Shown: piece by piece, positions 25,521-38,037 of the stretch
Layout: the number at the start of each line of letters is the position of its first letter
How positions within the stretch are numbered: the stretch's first letter is position 1
Source of the DNA: Octopus sinensis
Lineage: Eukaryota
Reading direction: 5' to 3'
Assembly: GCF_006345805.1 (NCBI RefSeq)
Contig: NC_043006.1
Location: 96,224,001 to 96,288,000, forward strand
DNA length: 64,000 nucleotides
The notes under the pieces: model-generated
What the model saw: only the letters and a program-made list of their open reading frames with translations
Told to the model about the DNA's origin: nothing
The model's database searches: none
Position numbers and translations under genes: made by a program

Positions 25521-25562
<42 letters not shown>

Positions 25563-25591
25563 TAGATACATACATAGATACATACATACAT

Positions 25592-25622
<31 letters not shown>

Positions 25623-25624
25623 CT

Positions 25625-25832
25625 TTTCTACTCTAGGCACAAGGAGAGAAATGTTTGAGGACGGGGGCCAGTTGATGAGATCGATCCCAGTAGGCAACTG
25701 GAACTTAATTTGTCGACCCGAAAAGATGAAAATCAAAGCCGACCTGGGCGGAATTTGAATTCAGTACGTAAAAACAGACGAAAAACCGCTAAGCCCTTCG
25801 CGTGCAAAAGTTTCTGCCAGCTCGCCGCCTTA
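25625..25832 (-). mobile_element. Family-B SINE
   Basis: Reverse-complement copy. Confidence 0.8.
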
Positions 25833-25842
25833 CTCCCCCCCC

Positions 25843-25897
<55 letters not shown>

Positions 25898-26263
25898 CAA
25901 GGCATTAGTCGAATGGGCCCTGGGTTATGGCAGAGTTACACTTGCTCTTGCCCAAAGTGCCGCGTAGTGGAAATGAATTCGAAGTTACATTGTCTGGAAG
26001 CGAGCTTCCTAAGCACGTAGCCATGCATACCTTTTTCAGTGTCATGTATATCTATTTAGTGATACTTTCATCTTTACAGCAACATAACAGTGAAGACTAA
26101 ACCTTACAGACGAGGCGCAATAAGAACTAAACATCTCAAAATTATTAGAAAATTACTATTTTTATATCTCACAACGTGAGAAATTCAGCAACAGTACTTT
26201 CAACTAAAGATTGTTTGCCAACATAACATGGCAGTCCTGGTTTAGGGCGAGTGTTGCTCTCAG

Positions 26264-26490
26264 TTAGCTCCAGGCGACATCGTCTCCAGCTGGCTATAAG
26301 ACACGATCTGTGTCCTTATATTTTCTCTTCTGATGAAGGGAAATAACCCGGAAATCGCGATACACAGATTTTGCTTTGAGCTGAGTGGGGGTGCTAGATT
26401 CTTTTCTTCAAAAACATAAGGGCACATATCGTATCGTATAGCCAGCTGGATACGATGTCTCCTGGGGCTAAATTACAGCAATATTCGTCC
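26264..26490 (+). mobile_element. Small repeat with hammerhead-like core (26330-26362) between inverted 55-bp arms
   Basis: Arms 26264-26320 and 26416-26472 are reverse complements; centre reads CUGAUGA-A-GGG(AAAUAA)CCC-G-GAAAU-CGCG-AUA. Confidence 0.6.
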
Positions 26491-28209
26491 TAAGCAAGGG
26501 CTGCCATGTTGTGTTAGCAATCTTTATCTCTAAATTATCTTCCGTATTTGCTGAAACAATTAAAATAGTACAAGCCACTGACTATATGTTATCTTTACAT
26601 CGCCACATAGCTATTTCTTATCCGATATTAATTGATCACTGGGTTAATATTTTCCGGGCTTGATTCCCGCAGAGAGGACTTGGACGGAGATGTTACAGGT
26701 TGTTTCGTTTGTGTCAAATACTGATTGTAAGCATGGATGAATGGGTTAAGAATTTCATTTTCACATCATGGCTGTTAATCGACCCCACTGCCTCATGTTT
26801 TGACTTAGCATCTTAACTATATTTTCGGTTCAACCTGAGCTTTGTCAATGAAATTAAATAAATAGAAACTATGTAGAAGCCCATTTACTGCGAGACAACT
26901 GAAGAGTGTGTTAGGATTTCGGGAGTTAAATATTTATATTTATGTATGTGCAGGTACGAAACAAGCTTTGCTTTATATTGCATTACGCTGATTTGCCGTA
27001 GAAATTGCGTTAAAAACATAAGTGTCTACGGAATCCTCAGCCGTTGAGGTTTATACATTAATTCAACGAGTAGAGAGTTCGCTTGATTAAACAACTGGAT
27101 GCTCCTCGGCGAAACCGACGGAGGAACGACTTATGCGACACAGGTTTAAAATTGTGGATCCCGATATGAACATATAACTGTTGCCTTTTAAAAGGTTTAT
27201 GGGTGGCAGGCGCGCTGTTGGTTATAAACTGGGGAATGCTCCTTTGTTTTTCTGGTCAGCTTTTAGAACTAAGATTTGGCAATCGGCCTTGGTGGCCTAC
27301 AAAAGTGGCTGCTTTATTTTTACTTCTTTTCTGGATAAAAAGCTCTCAAGTGACCATTACTTGCGCATGTGTAGCAACTAGCTTTCTTCCAGCGATCTAC
27401 AATGGTACGGTCTTTCTTCCACGACCTACTTCAATGAACAACTCTGAGATCTTTGGGTGAAAGTGAAAAAGACATGGAAATGATATGTTTATTTAGTTCA
27501 GCATTTATTTTACATACCCCAACTGCTATTGACTACAAAGTATAATTTAAACACCATCTTGACAATGACAAACGCATTTGAAATAAATACAAAATTAATC
27601 GATTCCTACGGGGTATAAGTGTGTAGTGACACCATGAAAATGTAAAAGAGGGTGAAAAAAATGCTAACAACAACTGAATTAAGAACCATATCTTTACACT
27701 AGCATTATTCAAATATCATCCACAAGACATGGACGTTAGAATGTTATCTCGCCTACCTTTTTCCCTATGTTTACAATATGGAATAATTCCTAAAATTATT
27801 CTTAGGTATTATCCAATATTGCAAACTTCCTTTAAATTTTGATAAACTATGAAAGGAGTATTCTCCGATATCATAAATATTCATTAAAAATGTAAATGAG
27901 TCTTTAAATTATGTTGCGGTTTCAAAATTGTGCTCTAGAATGTATGTGAGTGTGTGCGTGTGTGCATGTGTGTATGCGTGTGTATGTATGTATACCATGA
28001 TCAATGTTTTATTCCTACACACACACACATATATATATATATATCATTGGCGTTGTAGAAACAAGTGGATATATGTACGTGTATGAGCTGATGTCTGTAT
28101 GCGTGCGTCCGTAGGCGTTTGTGCGTAATATTTTGGTGTAATTACACACATGCAAACACACACAGATATACGCATATATACATGTGTATGTGTGCGTAAG
28201 TGTGCGTTC

Positions 28210-28257
<48 letters not shown>

Positions 28258-28618
28258 GTGGGTATATGCATGTATTATAGGGAACGATCTGAGAGAAATA
28301 CTGAAAGAGAGATAGAGAAGTAACCTTAATGATATGGATCAATAGTGTTCTGTAACTGTGTGTGAGTGTGTGAGTGTGTGTACGTACATATATAAACCAT
28401 TAAAATCTATCAATCTAATTCATCTGCATGAATGCATGCTTATAAGTGTAGGTAATTGACTATTTAAAGATCACTACACATATATGTACATACTTATATC
28501 TTTATATATATATACATACACACAGACACACACATAAATATATGAATATGTATTTGAGAATATATATACATATATACATATCCATACATTTCCGCATATA
28601 AACAAATATATATATATA

Positions 28619-28726
<108 letters not shown>

Positions 28727-29298
28727 TGTGTAAAATATTTACTCAATTACATCTTCCCATAAACATGCATTCATGCGCATAAATTAGGTAATAGATTTTT
28801 AATAGTTTTGTAGCCTTACCTCAAGGCTTGCTTTCATTCAGGTGATGTATAACAAAATTAATTTAAAATTTTCTTAGCTCAATAGCAACATCTCAGCCTA
28901 TAGATTTCTTTTCAGAAAAGTGGACTCATGGGGAACGTTTTACTTGGAATCAAATATGGCCGATCGATTTAATCTGCGCCTTAATATGAATTGCTAGCTG
29001 GGAGTAAAGGCTACAGATTTCAGAAACGCGTACAGTCAAACATTTTTATCCACTACTTCAATGGTATACATTTTATCGATCCCTGTGAGATGAAAGGTAA
29101 AGTTGATCGCGATTAGAGTTGTATTCATATCATAAACAAACTAAATATCACATGGAAAATTGTCCCCCGACCAATCCATCGACTTGATCAGCATCTAGAT
29201 ATGTACTGGCGAGGAATCGTTAAAATTCAACATTTTATTAATGCGCTTATTTTTATTTTAATGTGTAAATTTATAGATTGTCATAATAATATCCTGTA

Positions 29299-29711
29299 TT
29301 AACCTTTTTGATACCAACCCGCATGAAACAGCCCCGGGGATCTCCGATACAAACTTCCTACTTCAAAGGGAATTAAATTACAACTACTGAATTTTCACGT
29401 TTCAAACACCAATTTGATAATGGTTCCAAATTTGAGTACAAGGCCAGCAACTGGGAACCGGGTAAATCGATTACATCTACTCCAGTGCTCAAATAGTGCT
29501 TATTTTAACAACTTGGGCGGAATTTGATCTTAGAACCTAAAGACAGACGAAATGCCAGTAAGCATTTTTCCCGGCGTGCTAGCGATTCTGCCACCTTGAA
29601 AAAATACCAGTTTAATTATGACAGGTATTTAACTTAATTTTCCATGTTTTCCAAAATAAATTCAAACAGCAACGGTGTAGTTCGACAGAAATATGGTAAC
29701 AAAAGGGTTCA
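29299..29711. mobile_element. piggyBac-like MITE with nested family-B SINE (about 29420-29598)
   Basis: TTAA plus cctttttgatacca at the left end; tggtaacaaaaggg plus TTCA (degenerate TTAA) at the right end. Confidence 0.55.
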
Positions 29712-30292
29712 AGATTCCGATTTCCTCTTCGATTTATTTCCATTGTTCAGGTTCCTTTAGGCTTAAAGCTCGAGCTTGTATAACTTTGATGCAGACATCA
29801 GTTGAGTTTTTGATTTCGTTCAATAATTATGATTGTTAAAAGCGTACGTCTCCAATTTTTTAAACTATCTTTTATCTTTTGCATATTTTAGTCATTGGAT
29901 TATGACCATGCAGGGGGTTTAGTCAAACAAATTGATACCTATATTTTAAGTCTGACACGGGCCGTGTCGGTCTCTTTTACAGAAGCCCTTTCTTATGAAT
30001 ACGTAAGCAAGCCAGCACTGGTTGTGAAGAAGTGGAAGAAGCAAACTAACACAAAGACGCGAAGAAGAGCTTTGCTCGAAACGTAGAACAACTACGTAGA
30101 ACAACGTACAACAACTACTCCTTCTCCAAGCTCTCTTTGTGCTACGTCCTCACCTTTTATGTTTTTTTCTGGTTTTTAAATGAATTATATAAGTTTTTTT
30201 CTGGTTTTTAAATGAATTATATATGTGTGTGTGCGTGTGTGTGTATGTGTGTGCATGTATGTATACACACGCGCGCGCGCACACACACACAC

Positions 30293-30294
<2 letters not shown>

Positions 30295-30333
<39 letters not shown>

Positions 30334-30358
30334 GAGAGAGATAGATAGATAGATAGAT

Positions 30359-30398
<40 letters not shown>

Positions 30399-30413
30399 TT
30401 TAGATAGATAGAG

Positions 30414-30454
<41 letters not shown>

Positions 30455-30515
30455 TATAGATAGATAGAAGATAGATAAAGATAGATAGATAGATAGATAG
30501 ATAGAAGATAGATGA
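30295..30515. repeat. (GATA)n microsatellite
   Basis: Direct reading. Confidence 0.95.
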
Positions 30516-30660
30516 TAACGTGAGTTAAAGGATGTTGCTCAAGAACACAACGGGCCGCCAGCAATCAACCTCACCATGTTAGGATCGTAATATGGGTACC
30601 CTAACCACCCAGCCAGGCGCCTTCACTAAAGTTCTTAGAGCACATTATACATATACAGAA

Positions 30661-31000
30661 ACGACGTTGCGCCCAGACATAGTTTTATTCCCAAATTCTG
30701 ATTGTGACCTGGAAAGAAAACATGGAGGAGGCACATGAGAGATGACTTGTTAACTACCAAAGGCTGCAAAATCAGAGCAAAAGCGATTGTTGGCGGGAAA
30801 GTTAGGAGCCAATTGAAGTAAGGTGCGGGGATTTGAGGGTTGTTCATTCTGCAAGGCTCTGGTTTGTTTGGAGTTACTGCTGCAGCAAAAAGGACGACCG
30901 TTCTTTCATCGAATCCGCAGAGAAAGGTTTTCGATAAGGATATCAAACAACTGGTAGTGGGATGCAAGCTGATCTCAAGTTTGGTCACCTGGATGAGGTG
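30661..31000 (+). pseudogene. Restriction-like endonuclease C-terminus of a HERO/R2-group LINE (degenerate)
   Basis: Stitched frames read TTLRPDIVLF / LIVTWKENMEEAHER*LVNYQRL / EPIEVRC / GFEGCSFCKAL / GVTAAAKR, matching the RPD...TVPWEENMEEAHERK...PIEVGCRGF pattern of HERO elements. Confidence 0.75.
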
Positions 31001-31099
31001 AGTTCGAATCTCAGAGACCAAAACCCATTGAGAACTAAGTGTATTTTAGCAATTCTATCTTGACTGTTTTTCAGTATATATCTATATATATTTATATAT

Positions 31100-31251
31100 A
31101 GGCACAGGAGTGGCTGTGCGGTAAGTAGCTTGATTACAAACCACATGGTTCTGGGTTCATTCCCAGTGCGTGGCACCTTGGGCATTTGTCTTCTACTATA
31201 GCCTCGGGCCGACCAAAGCCTTGGTCGACGGAAACTGAAAGAAACCCGTCG

Positions 31252-31304
<53 letters not shown>

Positions 31305-31641
31305 GTGCATATGTGTGTGTGTGTACATACACACACACACACAAACACAATGAGAGAGAGAGAGAGAGAGAGAAGAAAGAGTGTGAAAATGGGATGAGAA
31401 AGAAAGGAATAATTTTAGTTTGGTGCCCCGTCACATATTCTGATTCTTATAATTTTCTGATGAATACACAGTTTTAGAAGAAATTTTACAGATGGAGGTT
31501 CTTGATGGAGTAGATTACGTTTATAATGATAAAATAAAAAAGAAACTTAACATATATTTATTACAAATATAAAAATGAAAAATGTATTTTCTTCAATTTT
31601 ATTTCAGGTAATATATATATATATGTGTGTAATTTCAGGTA

Positions 31642-31722
<81 letters not shown>

Positions 31723-31930
31723 GTGTGTCTGAGTTTGTCCTCCAACATCGCTTGACAACCAATGGTGGTGTGTTTATGTCCCCGTAACTTTGCAGTTCGG
31801 CAAAAAGTGACCGATAGAATAAGTACTAGGCTTCCAAAGAATAAGTGCTGGGGTCGATTTGCTCGACTAAAGACGGTGCTCCAGCATGGCCACAGTCAAA
31901 TGTCTGAAACAAGTAAAAGGGTAAAAGAGT
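31100..31930 (+). mobile_element. Family-A SINE split by a 350-bp insertion in its central microsatellite
   Basis: 5' half about 31100-31255, 3' half about 31680-31930. Confidence 0.85.
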
Positions 31931-32726
31931 ATATATCTAAAGACTCCGCCGGTTACGACGACGAGGGTCCCAGCTGATACGATCAACGGAACAGCTTGCT
32001 CGTGAATTAACGTGCAAATGGCTGAGCATTCCACAGACACGTGTACCCTTACGTAGTTCTCGGGGATAATCAGCGTAACACAGAGAGTGACAAGGCTGAC
32101 CCTTTGAAATACAATTCAACTCATTTTTGCCAGCTGAGTGGACTGGAGCAACGTGAAATAAAGTGTCTTGCTCAAGGACACAACGCGTTGCCGGGAATCG
32201 AACTCACAACCTTACGATCATGAGCCGAATGCCCTAACCACTAAGCCACGCGCCCTCACAAAAGAGTATATATACACACACAAATGTCTGTGGGTGTGTT
32301 TGCGTGTGTATACGTCATATATGCTATAGCGCTACATGTCATGAGAGCAAGTTTGGAAATATACTTTTGCCACCATGGGTAATTGGTAAAATGGCATACA
32401 TAGAATAATTATATTTTAGCTTTTATCCAAATTCTTGGTGCTTTTGCAAAATGATGAAATGAATACTAATTTTCACAAGAAAAATATATATTACCTGAAA
32501 TAAAATTAAAGAAAATACATTTTTCATCTTTATATTTGTAATAAATATATGTTAAGTTTGTTTTTTTATTTTATCATTATAAACGTAATCTACTCCATCA
32601 AGAACCTCCATCTGTAAAATTTCTTCTAAAACTGTGTATTCATCAGAAAATTATAAGAATCAGAATATGTGACGGGGCACCAAACTAAAATTATTCCTTT
32701 CTTTCTCATCCCATTTTCACACTCTT

Positions 32727-32775
<49 letters not shown>

Positions 32776-32822
32776 TGTTTGTGTGTGTGTGTACACACAC
32801 ATATATATATATATGCACATGT
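31301..32822. repeat. Inverted duplication, arms 31301-31617 and 32484-32822
   Basis: About 3 substitutions in roughly 250 nt of non-microsatellite sequence by eye. Confidence 0.92.
31937..32259 (-). mobile_element. Family-C tRNA-derived SINE with 14-bp TSD
   Basis: Minus-strand A box tggcttagtgg and B box gttcgattcc; AAAAGAGTATATAT duplicated at 31923-31936 and 32260-32273. Confidence 0.9.
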
Positions 32823-32837
32823 TATATATATATATAT

Positions 32838-32874
<37 letters not shown>

Positions 32875-33213
32875 ATTATACATATATAAATATGAAGAGA
32901 GTGTGAGCGTGAGAGACAGAGACAGACAGACAGACAATTAGAGAGAAAGAGGGGGAGTGACAGAGAGAAAGAGATGTAGATAGATGGTCGGGTGGATATC
33001 AAGATACATGTACAAGTTATTTGTAAATTGACAACTCATTTCAAAATGTAAACAAAAATATTATTTTAAAGTTTACGTAAGAGGAATTTAAAGTGAATTG
33101 CCAATTTGCAATTAGTTTTACTCGTATATATACATACATATATACATGCATACACATATACATGCATTCCTACATACAAACATACATATATATGTATATA
33201 CATATACATATAA

Positions 33214-33264
<51 letters not shown>

Positions 33265-33276
33265 CATATATATGTA

Positions 33277-33309
<33 letters not shown>

Positions 33310-33373
33310 TATATATAATATATATATATATACATATATATATATACATATATATACATATATATGTGTATGC

Positions 33374-33410
<37 letters not shown>

Positions 33411-33977
33411 AGCTGTCTTATTTTCTACGATGCTATCTTCATAAATTAACTACTCCATACTGTTGAGAAATGCAAACAGAAATCTATAATAATGTCGCTT
33501 AATAACTGACATTTAAACATTTACTTATATCTTTCACTTACGTGGAAGATAAAGATTATTTTTGTACATTCTTCGCTTCGTTTTGTATCTTTCTCAGTTC
33601 CACAAATATATGCTGTTAAACCAAAAGATCAACGTAATTTTTTTTTTCCTTTTCTAAAACAACCCTAAAGGTTTACGTGTTTGTGTGCGCGTGCTTCTGT
33701 CTCTATGTGTGTGTGAGAGACAAAAGGAAAGCAGGAAATGGATATAGAAATGTTAATGTGTATCGAAACTGCTATGATATGAAATCTAACGGTAATTTTT
33801 TCCAGTGCTTTGATATATATATTTATATCTGTATCTATATATCTATATCTATATATCTATATCTATCTATCTATTGATATATATTATATATATATATATA
33901 TATATGCATTATACATATATGCCTGTGTGTGTGTGTGTGTGTAATCAAACTTAGCAACAAGGATATCCAGAGGTAAT

Positions 33978-34062
33978 GCAATACGATCGTTTCGTGCAAC
34001 TCCATTTAATTGAACAATGCGATCATTGCATTAATTTAAAATGTAGACCAATCTTCAGCTGC
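33978..34062 (-). ncRNA. Type-I hammerhead ribozyme motif with long imperfect helix II
   Basis: Minus strand: GCAG-CUGAAGA-[58-nt hairpin, U.C at base]-GAAAC-GAUC-GUA-UUGC; palindromic ACGAUCGU helix III. Confidence 0.7.
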
Positions 34063-34888
34063 ACAAAGTTTTAATTAAATTAGAAGAGATTGACACATTA
34101 GTATAATTATACCTAAAATCTCCAAGAAGTTAAAGAGATAGACAAAGAACATGTTGTAACTACAACAGCATAGTCGTAACTAAAATTTTGAAGGAGTCAC
34201 TGCCTGTCACTGATTTATTGTCTTTTTATGGGGTCAGTTTTAATTTATAGACTAGTTTATCAAATCCCTTGTATATCTAAGGCTGAGAGAAACAGAGGGC
34301 CGTATTTGTTTGGGGTAGAGCTGAGGGTGTAGACAGACAGTATAGTAATAAAAATCAAGATTTATTTGAAGCAATGTCATGTAAGGGAAAACTTAAAACA
34401 AGATGTTTGCTGATAATTAAGGAGTTGCCCATTAACAGACTATTGAAAATGAAACAGTGGATGTCTTATCATGTAGTATTATAGTGAAATACTTTAAAAC
34501 AATGTTGCTATATTGTATACAGTTGAAGTTTAGAGTTATTCAAGAGATTATTAAGAAGAATATTGTGACAAAAGGATAGAAATTTATGAATACTTATGAG
34601 TATATATCAAACTTTTACCACAATAGGAGGAAAAGAAATTATATAGAAATAGTTTAATATTTGTACATATTGTATACTTAAATGCTAACTCATCAGATGG
34701 TGTCTGTGAATATTGATTAAATGATATTTACTGGTATTAATAAAGGAGTATTGAGGTAAAAGAACATGCTAATTATATATTAATAAAATTCTAATCTAAG
34801 CGGTTTTCTCATAAGTAGTGAATATATCAGTATAGTTTTATATCAGCTAAGTTTGAATTTATAAAAATACAAAAAATTAGAATAATTC

Positions 34889-35052
34889 GCAGGAGTGGCT
34901 GTGTGATAAGCAGCTTGCTTACCAACTACAGGGTTCCAGGTTCAATCCCACTGCGTGGCGTCTTGGGCAAGTGTCTTCTGCCATAGCCTCGAGCCGACCA
35001 ATGCCTTGTGAGTGGATTTGGTAGAGGGAAACTGAAAGAAGCCTGTCGTATG

Positions 35053-35085
<33 letters not shown>

Positions 35086-35295
35086 ATATGTTTGTGTGTC
35101 TGTGTTTGTCCCCCTAGCATTGCTTGACAACCGATGCTGGTGTGTTTACGTCACCGTCACTTAGCGGTTCGGCAAAAGAGACCGATAGAATAAGTACTGG
35201 GCTTACAAAGAATAAGTCCCGGGGTCGATTTGTTCGACTAAAGGCGGTGCTCCAGCATGGCCGCAGTCAAATGACTGAAACAAGTAAAAGAGTAA
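34889..35295 (+). mobile_element. Family-A SINE (well-preserved)
   Basis: Full copy from gcaggagtggctgtgtg to gtaaaagagtaaa. Confidence 0.92.
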
Positions 35296-35392
35296 ATAAA
35301 TAGTGGCTAATTATAAAAAATAAAATAATCAAGAGCAAGAACACCTTAGAATAGGAATAAAATGGCTTAATTACTAATGCTATACTAAAGTA

Positions 35393-36683
35393 CGAGGGAC
35401 GTTCAATAAGTAATGCCTCTGACCCACTTGCATTTGTTTGATCTAGTTGAAATTTTGCATGTGCAATTATTTATATCTCTATAGAGTAAGTTGCAAATTA
35501 CAGCTCTGAATTAATTGTGGTTTCTGATTTACAGGTGTTTGAACCGAGTCAAGTGTGAAATGGAGCCTGTTGAGTGTCGAGCAGTGATCCGGTTTTTGTA
35601 TTTCAAAGGACGCACATCACGGGAGACTTTTGATGAAATGAAAGTAACTTATGGTGATGATGCCCCATCATATGACCTTGTAAAACGCTGGCATCGTGAA
35701 TTCAAACATGGTCGGAACTCTGTGGCAACAGCTCCCAGATCTGGTCGCCCCCTTCTGCCATTGATGAGGCATCTGTCCGTCAAGTTGAGGCTGCCATTTT
35801 GGAAGATCGACGCATAATTATTCGCCAAATAGCCCATGAGGTCAAGATTAGTACCGGGTCTGTGGAAACTATCATTCATGACCATTTGCATATGCAAAAG
35901 GTGTCTGCCAGATGGATTCCCAGGTTGCTCACGCCTTTCCAGAAGCAAGAACGCGTCGAGTGCTCGAGGGTGAATTTGGAGATGTGCCAAGAAGATGAGT
36001 CAAAATTTTTCAAAAGACTGATTACACAGGATGAATCCTGGGTCCATCACGATGATCCAGAGACCAAAGCCCAGTCAATGCAGTGGAAGCGCCGTGAATC
36101 ACCCCCTCCAAAGAAGGCAAGGGTGCAGCCCTCCGCTGGCAAGGTCATGCTCACAGTCTTCTGTGACCAGGACGGAGTAGTAATGACAGATTTCCTGGCA
36201 AAGGGTACCACAATTGCAGGAGCCTATTATGTTTCACTTTTGAGGAAATTAAGAGAAGTTATCAAAATCAAGAGGCGGGGCAAGATCAGCAAAGGCATCC
36301 TCCTCCTGCAGGACAACGCTCCGGTCCACAACTCGCTTGTCGCCAGATCAGAAGCACAGGCATGAGGTTATGAACTCCTCCCCATCCCCCCTACTATCCT
36401 GACCTTGCACTCTCTGATTTTCACCTCTTCCCATTCATGAAGTTGTTTTTGAAAGGAAAGCGTTTCCCAGATGATGCAGCCTTGATTTCTGAAGTCACGT
36501 TGAGGTTGGAGGACCAAGCTGGGTTCTTCTACAAAAACGGTCTCCAGAGCCGCATCAAACGATGAGAGAAATGCGTAACTCTGGGTGGTTCCTATGTAGA
36601 AAAAGACTAATAACTGTGCCAAGTTTCGTTGCTCTACTGCTATGGGAAGTGGGTGAGGGGCATTACTTATTGAACGCCCCTCG
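35393..36683 (+). mobile_element. Full-length mariner element (1291 bp)
   Basis: TIRs cgagggacgttcaataagtaatgcc and ggcattacttattgaacgcccctcg; TA TSD at 35391-35392 and 36684-36685. Confidence 0.97.
35560..36610 (+). pseudogene. Mariner DD34D transposase, inactivated
   Basis: MEPVECRAVIRFL...PRSGRP, WIPRLLT, ITQDESW, QDNAPVH, PYYPDLALSD. Frameshifts near 35750 and 36381 and stops at 36363 and about 36564. D34D spacing holds after correcting the frameshift. Confidence 0.93.
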
Positions 36684-38037
36684 TATATGTAGCTTGTTCA
36701 CCAATAGAAAAGATTTTTTAGAAAAAATATAAAATTTTATTAATATATAATTAGCATGTACTTTTACCTTAATAGTCCTTTATTAATACCAGTAAATATC
36801 GTTTAATCAATATTCACAGATACCATCTGATGAGTTAGTATTTAAGTATACAAGATGTATACTTAAAGATGTATACCAAATTCTCGCACAAGGCTTTGGC
36901 TAGCCCGAAGCGATAGTAGATACACTTGCTGAAGGAGACACGTAGTGACACTGAACCCGAAGCATTGTGGTTGGTAAGCAGGCTACTCAACACTCACCGA
37001 CTCCTGCTCATATATAATCACGCCTGCGCCAATATAGCCGCTTCTGTTCCCAAAAGCCCAAATATGCGCTTATATATAGGTAGGTATGTAGGTAGGTAGG
37101 TAGGTAGGTAGGTAGCTAGGTAGCTAGGTAGATAGGTAGCTAGGTAGGTAGGTATATAATATCTCTCTGTATTATAGATACAACTTATATTCCAAAATAA
37201 TATCGCTCTGAAGATATTCTGCTCAGGTGATATAGATTTAATATTCAATTAATTCAATGGGTATTTATCGAAACAGCTGTTAGGGATGATGATTGATTTG
37301 CTGTTAATAATAAGCAATTATTAACTTCCCAACGCCATTTTCTTTTTGTTCTTATATATATATATATATATATACACACACATACATACGTATGTATGTC
37401 TGTGTGTATGTAGGTATGTATGTACGTATATACATGTATGACGATGGCAGTCGGTTGCTGACCGAGGAAGAGTATCACTGAACATGGCGCACACAAGCTG
37501 AAATGCCCACGCGAAATGCCAGCAATGACTGTACAAAATTCTATATCCATTAAGTTTTGCACCGCGGATTGCAGGCCCTCTCCACCTTCCTGACATGATT
37601 CCGAGACAAGCGGTGACAAGATGTTTAGTGCTAATGTGATTTGAAGGTTCAGGAATGTGGAAGTGCCATCATCTCAAGTGTAAACATAAGATTCCTATAG
37701 TATTCAACGCTGTTTCCTGCACATTTGGTTATATATCAAAGTGACCTTCTCCCAGAGATATGCTTTAACAAAAGCTAATGTGCACTTCACTTGCAGTGGT
37801 CTTCCTGCATGCCTACCGCTCACCCGAAATGTTTGAGTTCCCGTGCTACTACCAGAAAGTAGTAACAGATCATTGTTTTAGTCCTGTTGAGTTTCTAGCA
37901 ACCCACCCTGCTAGGCTATTGGGTGACCGGTCCATATATACATACATAAATAAATATTTATATAGATAAGCACATTCATACATTCATACATACTTTCATA
38001 CTCTCTTACCTATCTACTTATTTTATTTATATATTTA

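Larger units (their letters stand above)
34671..36852. repeat. 120-bp inverted repeat arms (34671-34790 and 36733-36852)
   Basis: About 6 mismatches in 120 bp by eye; the arms enclose a SINE and a mariner. Confidence 0.85.

Noticed and set aside
26980-27045. Minus-strand CUGAGGA with a 7-bp hairpin (CCGUAGA/UCUACGG)
   Set aside because: GAAA is replaced by CAAA and no helix I forms.
30857-31000. Apparent exon ending in GAG|GTGAGT
   Set aside because: Better explained as the decayed C-terminus and 3'UTR of a HERO-like LINE.
35486-35534. GTAAGT...TTTACAG mini-intron-like stretch in the mariner 5'UTR
   Set aside because: Very short, single observation, and no way to support it from sequence alone.
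37430-37930. GC-richer segment possibly from another LINE
   Set aside because: No diagnostic motif could be read in any frame.
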